Shown here piece after piece: positions 8,452-19,900 of a stretch of DNA of 64,000 nucleotides (the stretch's first letter is position 1; each line of letters begins with the position of its first letter). The position numbers were made by a program, and so were the translations under genes. The notes below the pieces were generated by a model. It had not been told where the DNA came from. It saw only the letters and a program-made list of their open reading frames with translations, and searched no databases. The stretch comes from Clostridiales bacterium. GTDB lineage: Bacteria > Bacillota > Clostridia > Oscillospirales > Butyricicoccaceae. The stretch covers positions 4,476 to 68,475 of the forward strand of contig JALFIV010000100.1 of assembly GCA_022775385.1 (NCBI GenBank), read 5' to 3'.

Positions 8452-8486
8452 ACAAAAACACCGAAGTACCATGTACTTCGGTGTTT
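8452..8486 (-). terminator. Intrinsic terminator of rpsU
   Basis: Perfect 12-bp stem ACACCGAAGTAC/GTACTTCGGTGT, followed by TTTTTGTG on the minus strand. Confidence 0.75.
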
Positions 8487-8503
8487 CCATTCATGATGCG
8501 ATA

Positions 8504-8683
8504 TTAGTAGCGCTTTCTCTTTGCGCGTGCTGCCTCGGACTTCTTACGACGCTTTACGCTCGGGCTCTCATAATGCTCACGCTTGCGAAGCTCGGAAAGC
8601 ACACCCGCCTTTGCGCACGATCTCTTGAATCTTCTCAGAGCGCTGTCCAGAGACTCGTTTTCCTTTACGCGGATTTCCGACAT
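8504..8683 (-). CDS. rpsU: 30S ribosomal protein S21
   Basis: [73 protein letters not shown] lies upstream of the ATG at 8683. Confidence 0.93.
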   Translation of the reverse strand: MSEIRVKENESLDSALRRFKRSCAKAGVLSELRKREHYESPSVKRRKKSEAARAKRKRY

Positions 8684-8797
8684 TGTTTTCCCTCCCTCCG
8701 CGCGTTCCAAAAATAACGCTTTTAAGGACATACGGCCAAAATGCCGTAAATATATTATATCTTCTTGCCGCTTGCCTGTCAAGTACAAGTTTCAGTT

Positions 8798-11323
8798 TTA
8801 CTTGACAACAAGATTGATAATCTTATTCGGGACAACAATGGACTTGACAACCTTCTTGCCGTCGACCGCCGCGATGACCTTTTCGTCCGCCATCGCGATC
8901 TCCAGTGCGGTGTCCTTGTCGCATCCCTGCGGAACCTGAATCTTCGCCTTGATCTTGCCGTTGACCTGAATCGGCATCTCAACCGTGGACTCAACGGTCT
9001 TTGCCTCGTCGAAGGACGGCCAGGTATACAGGCTGAGCAGATCGCTCTCACCGCACATCTGCCACAGCTCCTCCGTGATATGCGGCGCAAACGGATTGAG
9101 CAGGATCAGCATGGTCTTGTACTCCGCCATGTTGACGCCCTTGTCGTAGAACTGGTTGAGCAGGGTCATCATCTGTGCAATCGCGGTGTTCATCTTGAGG
9201 TTTTCGATGTCCTCGGAGACCTTCTGAATCGTGCGGTGCATGATGACCTCGTTCTGCTTGCTGTACACATCGCCCGGCTGTACCTTCTCATACAGCGCCC
9301 AGACGCGGTCGAGGAAGCGCTTGCAGCCCTTGATCGCCTTCTGCGACCATGCCGCCGCCTTCTCAAAGTCGCCGATGAACATCTCGTACAGACGCATGGT
9401 GTCCGCGCCGTACTCGTCGACGGTTTCGTCCGGATTGACGACATTGCCCAGCGACTTGGACATCTTGACGATCGGATGCTCTGCCATCTCGCCGTACTTC
9501 TCGACCAGATGCTTCTTGGCTTCCTTCTCGCTGCCGAACTCCTCAATCAGCTTCTTCTGCTCGTCTGCCGGCAGATTAACAAAACTGTGCGGGTTCAGAC
9601 CCAGAATCATGCCGTGGCTCGTGCGCTTGTGGTACGGCTCCTTGTGCGGAACAACGCCGATATCATACAGGAACTTGTGCCAGAAACGGGAGTACAGTAC
9701 GTGCAGCGTGGTGTGCTCCATGCCGCCGTTGTACCAGTCGACCTGACCCCAGTATTCGAGTGCTTCCTTGGATGCCAGTGCATCGTTGTTGTGCGGATCC
9801 ATATAGCGCAGGAAGTACCAGGAGGAACCCGCCCACTGCGGCATGGTATCGGTCTCACGCTTTGCCGGACCGCCGCAGCACGGACAGGTCGTGTTGACCC
9901 AGTCGGTCATGGCAGCCAGCGGGGATTCACCGTCGTCCGTCGGCTCATACGACTCGACGTTCGGCAGGGTCAGCGGGAGCTGATCCTCCGGAACCGGAAC
10001 CCATCCGCACTTCTCACAGTATACCAGCGGAATCGGCTCGCCCCAGTATCTCTGACGGGAGAATACCCAGTCGCGCAGCTTGTAGTTGACCTTGGCATGG
10101 CCGACGCCCTCCTTGGTGAGGAACTCGGTAATTGCCGTCTTTGCCTCCTCGACGGTCATGCCGTCCAGGAAACCGGAGTTGACCATGATGCCGGTCGCAC
10201 AGTCGGTGAACGCCGCTTCCTGTACGTTGCCGCCCTTGACAACCTCAATAATCGGCAGATTGAACTTCTTTGCAAAGTCCCAGTCGCGGTCATCGTGTGC
10301 CGGTACCGCCATGATGGCGCCGGTGCCGTAGCTCATCAGAACGTAGTCCGAGACGAAGATCGGGATCTCCCGTCCGTTGACCGGATTGATCGCGCGGACG
10401 CCGTCCAGCTGAACGCCGGTCTTTTCCTTGACCAGCTCGGTGCGCTCGAAGTCGGACTTGCGTGCCGCCTCCTCGCGGTAAGCGCGGATCGCATCGATGT
10501 TAGCGAGCTTGTCCGCCCACTTCTCGACCATCGGATGCTCCGGAGAGATGACCATGTAGGTCGCGCCGAACAGGGTGTCCGGACGGGTGGTGTAGACGGT
10601 CAGGGTGTCGCCCTCGGTGGTCTTGAAGTCGACCTCTGCGCCGGTGGAGCGTCCGATCCAGTGCTTCTGCTGGCTCTTGACGCGCTCGATATAGTCGACA
10701 TCGTCCAGATCGTCGATCAGACGCTGTGCGTACTCGGTGATCTTGAGCATCCACTGGCTCTTATTCTTGCGGACAACCTCGCTGCCGCAGCGCTCGCAGA
10801 CGCCGTTGACAACCTCTTCGTTCGCCAGAACGCACTTACAGCTCGTGCACCAGTTGACCGCCATCTCCTTCTTGTATGCCAGACCGTGCTTGAACAGCTG
10901 GAGGAAAATCCACTGCGTCCACTTGTAGTAGCTCGGATCGGTGGTGTTGATCTCACGGTTCCAGTCAAACGACAGACCGAGGCTCTTCAGCTGGCTCTTG
11001 AAGCGGGCAACATTCTGCTTGGTGACCTCAGCCGGATGCACGTGGTTCTTGATCGCAAAGTTCTCAGTCGGCAGACCGAATGCATCCCATCCCATCGGAT
11101 ACAGGACATTGTAGCCCTGCATGCGGCGCTTGCGGGCAACGATATCCAGCGCCGTGTACGAACGCGGATGGCCGACATGCAGACCGGCCCCCGACGGATA
11201 CGGGAACTCTACGAGTGCATAGAACTTCGGCTTGGAATAGTCGGTTCCTGCGGCGAATGCCTGCTTTTCATCCCAGACATCCTGCCATTTCTTTTCAATC
11301 TTCTTAAAATTATATTTTTCCAA
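8798..11323 (-). CDS. leuS: Leucine--tRNA ligase
   Basis: 841 aa with a HIGH-type motif ([13 protein letters not shown]) and the KMSKS motif. The start codon is TTG at 11323, 9 nt after GGGAG. Confidence 0.97.
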   Translation of the reverse strand: MEKYNFKKIEKKWQDVWDEKQAFAAGTDYSKPKFYALVEFPYPSGAGLHVGHPRSYTALDIVARKRRMQGYNVLYPMGWDAFGLPTENFAIKNHVHPAEVTKQNVARFKSQLKSLGLSFDWNREINTTDPSYYKWTQWIFLQLFKHGLAYKKEMAVNWCTSCKCVLANEEVVNGVCERCGSEVVRKNKSQWMLKITEYAQRLIDDLDDVDYIERVKSQQKHWIGRSTGAEVDFKTTEGDTLTVYTTRPDTLFGATYMVISPEHPMVEKWADKLANIDAIRAYREEAARKSDFERTELVKEKTGVQLDGVRAINPVNGREIPIFVSDYVLMSYGTGAIMAVPAHDDRDWDFAKKFNLPIIEVVKGGNVQEAAFTDCATGIMVNSGFLDGMTVEEAKTAITEFLTKEGVGHAKVNYKLRDWVFSRQRYWGEPIPLVYCEKCGWVPVPEDQLPLTLPNVESYEPTDDGESPLAAMTDWVNTTCPCCGGPAKRETDTMPQWAGSSWYFLRYMDPHNNDALASKEALEYWGQVDWYNGGMEHTTLHVLYSRFWHKFLYDIGVVPHKEPYHKRTSHGMILGLNPHSFVNLPADEQKKLIEEFGSEKEAKKHLVEKYGEMAEHPIVKMSKSLGNVVNPDETVDEYGADTMRLYEMFIGDFEKAAAWSQKAIKGCKRFLDRVWALYEKVQPGDVYSKQNEVIMHRTIQKVSEDIENLKMNTAIAQMMTLLNQFYDKGVNMAEYKTMLILLNPFAPHITEELWQMCGESDLLSLYTWPSFDEAKTVESTVEMPIQVNGKIKAKIQVPQGCDKDTALEIAMADEKVIAAVDGKKVVKSIVVPNKIINLVVK

Positions 11324-11370
11324 TGATATGATCTCCCATCAGACAAAATTGTAAACACTTGCGTGTTGAT

Positions 11371-11727
11371 TTACAGGGTAGTGATGTCGACCGGTGCGGC
11401 GTCTTTCCAGAGCTTTTCCAGTCCGTAGAACGTGCGTGCGCTCTCCAGGAACACATGAACCAGCGCAAAGCCGTAGTCCAGCAGAATCCAGCTTGCGGAA
11501 TCGTGTCCCTCAATGTGGTGCGGCGCGACCTCAAAGTCCTTCTTCAGGCGGAACTCGACCTCGTCCGCCAGCGCCTTGACCTGCGTGGTCGAGGTCGCGG
11601 TGCAGATGACAAAATACTCGGTGAGCGAGGTCAGTTCGGAGACCTTGAGCACCTCAATGTCCTGTCCCTTCTTGCTCTCCAGCGCTTCCGCCATCGCCTT
11701 TACATACCGTTCGGTTGTTTCCTTCAT
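11371..11727 (-). CDS. rsfS: Ribosome silencing factor RsfS
   Basis: Contains the iojap-like segment TEYFVICTATSTTQVKALADEV...WILLDYGFALVHVF. The ATG at 11727 follows GAGGAG. Confidence 0.9.
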   Translation of the reverse strand: MKETTERYVKAMAEALESKKGQDIEVLKVSELTSLTEYFVICTATSTTQVKALADEVEFRLKKDFEVAPHHIEGHDSASWILLDYGFALVHVFLESARTFYGLEKLWKDAAPVDITTL

Positions 11728-11778
11728 AATTGTATACTCCTCACTGTTCACACCGCATCCGGTGTGACGATTGTTTGG

Positions 11779-13017
11779 TCACCAGTCATCCGAATCATAC
11801 GCATCCGTGTCGTCGTAATCATCGTAATCGTCATAGTCATCGTCGTCATAAGAATCGTACGAGTCATACGAATCATCATAGTCGCTGTACCCGTCGTCAT
11901 ACGAACCGTAGGGTTCGGAATCCTCCGTGTATCCGTCCTCCGTGACCGGCGGCTCGTAGTTGAACTCCAGTCCCGCCATCGCGTAGCGGTAGGATTTTTC
12001 CTCGATCCAATTGGGACTGTATGCTCCCGGAATGGTGTCCGGCGTCACAATATCAAGATCTGTTATTTCATTGCTGTATGGGCTGAACGATTGATTGATC
12101 TGATCCAGCACCATATCCTCATCCAGGATATAATACCAGAGACAATAGCCCATGTTGATGTCGATCCTCGCATTATCGCCGATCAGCGTATCGGTGTGAA
12201 CCTCCGACATATCCATCTGCATTCCCTGCAGGGCGAGCCAGGCGAGCTGTGCCTGCGTCAGATCGGTGTCCACATTCTCCCCCAGCAGCCGGATCATCTT
12301 CGGCATCTTGATCAGGTTTTTCGGCTGAAATACCTGTGACGCGAATACCTTGAGAAACTCCTGCAGTTTCTGTACCCGTCCGACATCGCCGTCCTCGTAT
12401 CCGGTGCCGTCGTCGTTGTGACGCCAGCGCAGAAACTCGACAGTCTGCTTGCCGTTCAGGTGCTGCAGTCCCTCTTTCAATTCAATCGAAAGACCCTGCG
12501 ATTTGTCATGATAATTCATGTCAAACGGCACGGTGTAGTCGATGCCTCCGATGGCATCCACAATCGAGGCGATTCCGTCAAAGTTCAGTACCATCGTGCT
12601 GTCCGGCTTGAATCCGATCACCGAGGCGACCTCGTTGCTCAGTTGTTGGATTCCCTCGCCGAACGCGGCGTTGATCTTCTTGCCGTCCGCCTCACGCTCG
12701 GTGTCCACCAGCGTATCGCGCGGGATATTCAGCACGCCGACCGTCTGTTCCTGAAAGTCAAATGTTGCGACCATGATCGAGTCGGCTCGTTCCTGTCCCT
12801 CATCGGTCGCCGCAATCAACAGCGTGTACACATCCTCCCGACGGGTCATCCCGTCGGATTCTTCCCAGACATATCGGGTCAAATCACCATATTCGTCAAT
12901 CCAATAGGTCACGCCGATGTACGCTGCCGCCGCAATCCCTACAATCAGGCACACAATCAGCAGCAGCGTGCGCATCACCCGACCTTTGGAAGGTCCTTGT
13001 TTCATCTTCTGTTTCAT
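11779..13017 (-). CDS. LCP (LytR-CpsA-Psr) family cell-envelope glycopolymer transferase with an Asp/Tyr-rich C-terminal tail
   Basis: N-terminal TM anchor. LCP core motifs are present (YTLLIAATDEGQERADSIMVATFD, LNIPRDTLV). The last ~44 aa are almost entirely D, Y and S. Confidence 0.88.
   Translation of the reverse strand: MKQKMKQGPSKGRVMRTLLLIVCLIVGIAAAAYIGVTYWIDEYGDLTRYVWEESDGMTRREDVYTLLIAATDEGQERADSIMVATFDFQEQTVGVLNIPRDTLVDTEREADGKKINAAFGEGIQQLSNEVASVIGFKPDSTMVLNFDGIASIVDAIGGIDYTVPFDMNYHDKSQGLSIELKEGLQHLNGKQTVEFLRWRHNDDGTGYEDGDVGRVQKLQEFLKVFASQVFQPKNLIKMPKMIRLLGENVDTDLTQAQLAWLALQGMQMDMSEVHTDTLIGDNARIDINMGYCLWYYILDEDMVLDQINQSFSPYSNEITDLDIVTPDTIPGAYSPNWIEEKSYRYAMAGLEFNYEPPVTEDGYTEDSEPYGSYDDGYSDYDDSYDSYDSYDDDDYDDYDDYDDTDAYDSDDW
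11782..11913 (-). repeat. In-frame low-complexity GAY/TAY codon tract encoding the D/Y-rich tail of the LCP protein
   Basis: The tail translates as EPYGSYDDGYSDYDDSYDSYDSYDDDDYDDYDDYDDTDAYDSDDW. Confidence 0.6.
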
Positions 13018-13032
13018 CCCCCACGTACGGCA

Positions 13033-13593
13033 TCAGTCGGAAAGCAGACTGTTTCGCGCTTCCACGGTATCCGAGTGAATTTTCTTCCCGCGGTGAATGA
13101 GCTCACGCAGGGAGGAGTCGAAACAATAGCGCAGTGCTTTGTCCATATCTCGGTATGCCAGCTTCCTCGCGGTTTTTACCCCTTCAAAATCGCGGTTCTC
13201 TTCGATATAATCCGCCAGATAGGCGATCTTCTCGATCTTTGTCATGTTTGCCCGTCCGGTCGTGTGGTATGCAATCGCATCCACCACGTCTTGCGGCGCA
13301 CCGTACTCATGCTGTGCAATCGCCGCCGCAGTCTTGCCGTGGAGCATTTTCCACTCGGTCTGTTCCACACCTTTTGGTATTATACCGTATTTCTCACACA
13401 AGTTCAACTGCTGTTCCTTAGAAAATTCCTTCGTAATATCGTGTAAGAGCATGGCAAAAGCGCACTTTTCCTCGTCTTCTCCAAACTTTTTCGCCAGTTT
13501 CCGGGCGGCCTTCTCGCACCCCAGCGTGTGCTTGAGCCGGTAGCCCGACAGGCGGGACAGAATCTCTCTGCGCATTTCCTCCGTGCAAATCAT
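13033..13593 (-). CDS. yqeK: HD-domain bis(5'-nucleosyl)-tetraphosphatase YqeK
   Basis: Contains RLKHTLGCEKAARKLA and LLHDITKE (HD motif). It sits downstream of nadD, as in Bacillus. Confidence 0.88.
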   Translation of the reverse strand: MICTEEMRREILSRLSGYRLKHTLGCEKAARKLAKKFGEDEEKCAFAMLLHDITKEFSKEQQLNLCEKYGIIPKGVEQTEWKMLHGKTAAAIAQHEYGAPQDVVDAIAYHTTGRANMTKIEKIAYLADYIEENRDFEGVKTARKLAYRDMDKALRYCFDSSLRELIHRGKKIHSDTVEARNSLLSD

Positions 13594-13667
13594 TTTTACT
13601 GACCTCCGTTTCTCATCCTCACAGAATCGCGGTCAAATCATGACATGATCGTTCTTTCTGTCTGTTG

Positions 13668-14273
13668 TCACTCATTCCAGCCGTACAGCCGGTTTTTCTG
13701 AATATATGCCAGCACACTGGCCGGAACCATCTGTGCGAGCGCCTCCCGCGAGGAGCGCAGCTCGGTCGATGACATCGGCAGTGCCGGACAGTCAACGATG
13801 GATATCACCGCGTTCCACTCCGCGCGGTACTCCTGCACCGCCTGTGCAATCGCGGCGCGGTCGGCATCGTCGCGCGCCACCACCGCCAGCGCACACAGAC
13901 GGCAGATCTCCTCGGGGCGATACCATCGGCGCAGCGAGAGCACCATGTCCGTTCCCATGATGAAATGGTATTCGGTGTCCGGATTGGCGGCGGTCAGCGC
14001 AGTCAGCGTGTCCACCGTATAGCTCCGTCCGCCGCGCCGCAGCTCGATGTCGGACACCTCCGCGCCGGGAATTTCCAGCGCCGCCAGCCGTGTCATCTCA
14101 AGCCGCTGACGGGTGTCCGCCGATCCCACAGGCAGCTCCTTGTGCGGCGGAATGTTGTCCGGCAGAAACATAATGCCGTCCAGTCCCAGCGCCTGCTGCG
14201 CCTGCCGCGCCGCATGGATATGTCCGTTGTGCGGCGGGTTGAATGTACCGCCTAAGATACCGATTTTTCTCAT
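13668..14273 (-). CDS. nadD: Nicotinate-nucleotide adenylyltransferase
   Basis: MRKIGILGGTFNPPHNGHIH start. The ATG at 14273 overlaps the yhbY stop codon (ATGA). Confidence 0.92.
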   Translation of the reverse strand: MRKIGILGGTFNPPHNGHIHAARQAQQALGLDGIMFLPDNIPPHKELPVGSADTRQRLEMTRLAALEIPGAEVSDIELRRGGRSYTVDTLTALTAANPDTEYHFIMGTDMVLSLRRWYRPEEICRLCALAVVARDDADRAAIAQAVQEYRAEWNAVISIVDCPALPMSSTELRSSREALAQMVPASVLAYIQKNRLYGWNE

Positions 14274-14575
14274 TTGCCAATCAGAACAATCTTGCGGTCT
14301 TCCGGCTCCACCGCCTCGCGGTAGATCACCGCCTTGGTGCCGATGCACTGTACCGGAGCCGCATCCAGCTCCTCACATACAACCGACTGTACCATGCGCG
14401 GTGTCATCATCGCCGATTCCAGAATTTTAATCTTGACCAGTTCCTTCTTTGCAAGGACACTGTCAATCTCACGAAGCACCGAATCGGTCAGACCGCTCTT
14501 TCCAATCAGCACCATATCATCCAGCGTGTTCGCCAGTCCGCGCAGCTGTGCGCGCTGTTTGCTTGTCAGTTCCAT
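14270..14575 (-). CDS. yhbY: Ribosome assembly RNA-binding protein YhbY (CRM domain)
   Basis: 101 aa. LTSKQRAQLRGLANTLDDMVLIGKSGLTDSVLREID is typical of YhbY/YqeI. Confidence 0.88.
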   Translation of the reverse strand: MELTSKQRAQLRGLANTLDDMVLIGKSGLTDSVLREIDSVLAKKELVKIKILESAMMTPRMVQSVVCEELDAAPVQCIGTKAVIYREAVEPEDRKIVLIGK

Positions 14576-15178
14576 TTATTCTTCTCCTATTGTCTCAAGA
14601 TACGCACGCAGGGTACTTCCCAGCGCGGCGAACGCGCGGGCACGGTGCGAGATGGAATTCTTTACCTCCGGCTCCAGCTCACCGAACGTGCAGCTGTATT
14701 CCGGTACGCAGAAAATCGGGTCATAGCCGAATCCGCCGGTTCCGCGTTCCTCGTCGAGGATCGTGCCGCGGCACTCTCCGCGGACCGCAAGCGTCTTGCC
14801 GTCCGGGAATGCACAGGCCGCCACGCAGACGAATTTTGCCCCGCGCTCGTTCTCCGGCACACTGCGCATGCGCTCAAGCAGCAGGACATTGCGTTCGTGA
14901 TCTGTCTTGTTTTCTCCTGCCCAGCGGACGGAATAGACGCCCGGCTCTCCGCCGAGTGCCGCGACCTCCAGGCCGGAATCGTCCGCAATCGCCGGTGCGC
15001 CCAGCACTGCGCTGACCGTTCTCGCCTTGATCTTTGCGTTTTCCTCAAATGTCGTTCCGTTCTCCTCAATCTCCGGAAAGTCTTCCGGAAGCGGTTTCAG
15101 CTCGATGCCGAGCGGCGCGAGGATCTCGGTCAGCTCTCTCATTTTCCCCTTGTTTCGAGATGCCAGATAAAACCTCAT
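14576..15178 (-). CDS. rdgB: Non-canonical purine NTP pyrophosphatase (RdgB/HAM1 family)
   Basis: Contains SRNKGKMRE, ADDSGLEV and GFGYDPIF motifs. Confidence 0.92.
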   Translation of the reverse strand: MRFYLASRNKGKMRELTEILAPLGIELKPLPEDFPEIEENGTTFEENAKIKARTVSAVLGAPAIADDSGLEVAALGGEPGVYSVRWAGENKTDHERNVLLLERMRSVPENERGAKFVCVAACAFPDGKTLAVRGECRGTILDEERGTGGFGYDPIFCVPEYSCTFGELEPEVKNSISHRARAFAALGSTLRAYLETIGEE

Positions 15179-15205
15179 CGGTCTCCCCTTCTTTCGTATC
15201 GGTGG

Positions 15206-15931
15206 TTAACGTATTTCTCCGGTGATCTTCCGCTGTTCGCGGCACAGTTTGGCAACGCCGCGGCGCGCCAGGGACATCAGCTTATTGAGCTCCTCCTTGG
15301 TAAACGGACGGCCCTCGCCGGTTCCCTGAATCTCCACAAACTCGCCGAGATCCGTCATGATAAAGTTTGCATCCACAATCGCGTGGGAATCCTCCTGATA
15401 GGCGAGGTCGAGAATCGGCTCGTCCTCCCAGATGCCGACGCTGACCGCCGCAACCTGTCCGGTCAGCGGGAGCTTGTCCAGCACGCCCTCGTCAACCAGC
15501 TTGCGGCACGCCAGATACAGCGCGACAAAGCCGCCGGTGATGGACGCACAGCGCGTGCCGCCGTCCGCCTGAATGACGTCGCAGTCGACGATGATCTGAC
15601 GCTCGCCGAGCGCCTCCATGTCGGTCACCGCACGCAGACTGCGTCCGATCAGACGCTGAATCTCCGCACTGCGGCCGTTCAGCTTGAGCTTGGAGATATC
15701 GCGGCGGTTTCTGGTATTGGTCGCACGCGGGAGCATGCTGTACTCCGCGGTCACCCATCCCCGTCCGGTACCTCTGACATGCGGCGGAACATCCTCCTCC
15801 ACCGTCGCATTGCAAATAACCTTGGTATTGCCGACGCAGATGAGCACCGAGCCCTCCGCGTGCATGGTATAATCCGGAATGATCTTCACCTTGCGCATCT
15901 CATCGCTGCGCCGCAGATCCGGTCTTGCCAT
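15206..15931 (-). CDS. rph: Ribonuclease PH
   Basis: Contains RPDLRRSDEMRKVKI...HAEGSVLICVGNTKVICNATVE and AEYSMLPRATNTR. The ATG at 15931 lies 8 nt after GGAGGAA. Confidence 0.95.
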   Translation of the reverse strand: MARPDLRRSDEMRKVKIIPDYTMHAEGSVLICVGNTKVICNATVEEDVPPHVRGTGRGWVTAEYSMLPRATNTRNRRDISKLKLNGRSAEIQRLIGRSLRAVTDMEALGERQIIVDCDVIQADGGTRCASITGGFVALYLACRKLVDEGVLDKLPLTGQVAAVSVGIWEDEPILDLAYQEDSHAIVDANFIMTDLGEFVEIQGTGEGRPFTKEELNKLMSLARRGVAKLCREQRKITGEIR

Positions 15932-15947
15932 ATTCATTTCCTCCTGT

Positions 15948-16865
<918 letters not shown>

Positions 16866-16906
16866 CCCGGAACCCTCCTTTTTCGGTTTCATGGTTGTGA
16901 TGGTTG

Positions 16907-19900
16907 TTATAATTCAATACCCAGCTGATCCTCCACCTCGCGGATATTGAGCATCAGCAGTTTGGAGACGCCCTGTTCCTGCATCGTGACGCCGTACAGC
17001 ATGTCAGCCTCCTCCATCGTGCCGCGGCGGTGGGTGATGACGATGAACTGCGTCTTGTCCGACAGCCGGCGCAGATACTGCGCATACCGCGTGACGTTGA
17101 CATCGTCCAGCGCCGCCTCGATCTCGTCTAGAATGCAGAAGGGCGTCGGACGCACCTTCATGATCGCAAAATACAGCGCAATCGCGACGAATGCCTTTTC
17201 TCCGCCGGACAGCAGAGACAGGTTTTTCACGGATTTTCCCGGCGGTGTGACGCGGATCTCAATGCCGCATCCGAGGATATCGCTCTCGTCCTCCAGACAC
17301 AGCTCCGCACTGCCGCCGCCGAACATCTCGCGGAAGGTCTCGCCGAAGTACTGATTGAGCAGGGCGAACGATTCGGCAAACACATCCTGCATCTGCACCG
17401 TCAGCTCCGCAATGATCTTGCGCAGTTCCTCCTCCGCCTTCTCGAGGTCGTCCTTCTGTTCGGTCAGGAAGGTCAGCCGTTCGGACAGCGTGTCGTATTC
17501 TTCAATCGCCGCGAGATTGACCGGACCGAGCTTGCGGATCTCACTGCGCAGTGCCGCCGCCCGCTTTTCGACTGTGGAACGGTTCTCAACCGGCTGTGCG
17601 GTGCTGCGTGCCGCCGTCGGCGTCAGCTCGTAGTTCTCCCACAGCTTGTCCAGCAGCTGTTTTTCCTCGCCGCGGATGCGCGCCGTGTTCGCCTCCGCCC
17701 GCGCCACCTCGCGCTCGAGCGAGACAATCTGCGCGGACAGCGCCTGTGCCAGCTTATTCTGTTCGGTTTTGTTGGTTTCCAGCCGGGTGCGCTGCTGCAC
17801 CCCGTCTCGGATGCGCTGCTGCAGTTCTGTCAGCTGCTGTGCGGTCTGTTCGGTCTTTTCCGCCAGTCCGGTCAGCTCCGCCGCATCCGCCTCGCGCTGG
17901 CGCTCATACGATGTGATGCGCTGCTGTGCCTCCTGTGCGCTCTGTTCCGCACCGACAAGCAGTGCCTGCAGATCGTGAAGTGCCTGCTGATGGGCATCCG
18001 TCTCGGTCTGTGCCTGAACCATGCGCGTGCGCAGGAGCGCCTGCTGTTCGCTCAGCTCCCGCAGGCGGTCTGCAGTCTGCTGTCCAGCCTGCTCCGCCTG
18101 TGCCGCACGGCTCTCCGCCTGTCCGCGCTCGGTTCGTTTGTTCTGAAGTTCGGTCTCAAGTGCCGCAATGCGCTGTTCATACTCCGTCCGCAGGCGGTCG
18201 GCATTGTCCCGCTCGGCGCACAGCTGTGCCGCAGCCTGCTCGACGCTGTCCAGCAGGAGCTGATGCTGATGCGCCGCCGCCTGCTGTGCCGCAAGCTTCT
18301 GCCGGTTGGCACCCAGCAGTTCTGCCGCCGCCTGTGCCATCTCCCCGGCATCCTCTGCCTGCGCCGCAATCTCCGTGCCGCGCGCCTCCAGCTCCTTGAG
18401 CTGAGCGGACTGAATGCGCTCCTTTTCCTCCAGCGCCTTAAGCTGGTTTGCCCGGGACAGAATGCCGGAGGAGCGTCCGGTTGAGCCGCCGGTCAGCGAA
18501 CCGCCGGCGTGGATGACCTGTCCATCCCGTGTGACAATGCGGAATCGGTTGCGATGCCGCCGTGCCATCGCGAGTGCGCAGTCGAGATTCTCCATCACGA
18601 CCGTGCGTCCGAGCAGATTGGCAATGATATCGCGGTACACCGCGTCGCATTCGACCAGATCGGCGGCAATGCCGCAGAATCCCTCCTGCGACTCCAGTCC
18701 GCGCTCGTTCAGCGTCATCGGCCGGATGGTATCCACCGGAAGGAAGGTCGCGCGTCCACCGTCGCTCCGCTTGAGCATCTGAATCGCCCGCTTGGCATCC
18801 TCCGGTGTGTCGATGATAATATTGGATGCCGCCGCGCCGAGTGCGGTCTCAATCGCGGTGACATATCGGTCGTCTACCTGAATGAGGGAGGACACCGGTC
18901 CGTGTACGCCGTCCAGCTGACCGGACTCCGCCCGGTTCATGACCAGCTTGACCGCACGGGAAAAGCCCTCGTAATCCTTCTGCAGTTCGCGCAGCATCCG
19001 GATGCGGTTTCTGCTGTCGAGCAGGGTTGAATGCAGGCGTCCGTGCGCCGCGCGCGCATCCTGCAGCTGTGCCGTCAGTCGGGAGGCAATCTCACGCTGT
19101 TCGGCGAGGTCCTCCTCCTGCGCACGGATGTCCTCCTCGAGCCGCTCCTGCGTGCGCCGCATTTCGCACTGTGTCCCGCGCTCCTGCTCCGCCCGCGCCT
19201 GTGCGCTCTGGATTTCCTCCGCAATCGACCCATGGCGCTGTTCCATCGCCTCGAGCTGGGTCTTGACCGCGGTCTGCTCGTTCTGCAGGGCAAAAATCTG
19301 TTCGGCGTACTGCTCTGCCGCACGGCGAAGCTGTTCGACCTCGCGCTGTCCGTCTCCGCCGCGTTTGGCGGTCTCCTCGATTTGAAACGCCGTCTCCTGC
19401 TGTTGAAGCCGGACGGCCTCCATCTCTTCGGCGAGCTCTTTCATCCGCGCCTGACGCGTCTGCTTCTGCGATGCAATCGCCTGACGCTGTTCGTCCTGCG
19501 ATGCAATCTGCTGTTTCGCCAGCTCAATATTCTGTGCGGCGTTGCGGCGGCTCTCTTCAAGCACCGCAGTGCGCTGTGCCCGCTCGGCCTGCTCAGCCTC
19601 GGTCTGCGCCTGCTCCGTGCGCAGCTGTTCGGTCTGCATCTCCGCCGCCTGTATCTCAAATTCCAGCTGTTCTATCGTCTGGTATCGTGTGTTCTGTTCC
19701 TCCTGCGCTTTCTGCAGGTCGGTCTGCGCCGTGCGCAGCGCCTGTTCTCCCGCCTCAATCGCATCCTTCATGCCGTCCAGCGCATCCATCCAGAGCGATA
19801 CCTCGTGGACGCGCAGCTCGTCATGCAGAACCAGATACTGTTTTGCAGTCTCCGCCTGTTTCTGCAGCGGACCGGAGCGCGCCTCCAGCTCATTCCACAC

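Noticed and set aside
8765-11326. An 853-aa plus-strand ORF exactly antisense to leuS. Similar very long antisense ORFs occur at 7090..8490, 14243..16042, 19031..20473, 44190..46061, 49641..51827, 54012..56537, 56565..58472 and 58639..60111.
   Set aside because: Each one mirrors a gene with clear family motifs on the opposite strand. Their translations are Arg/Leu/Gly/His-rich low-information sequence, typical of stop-poor antisense frames in high-GC DNA. None has an RBS or recognisable domains.
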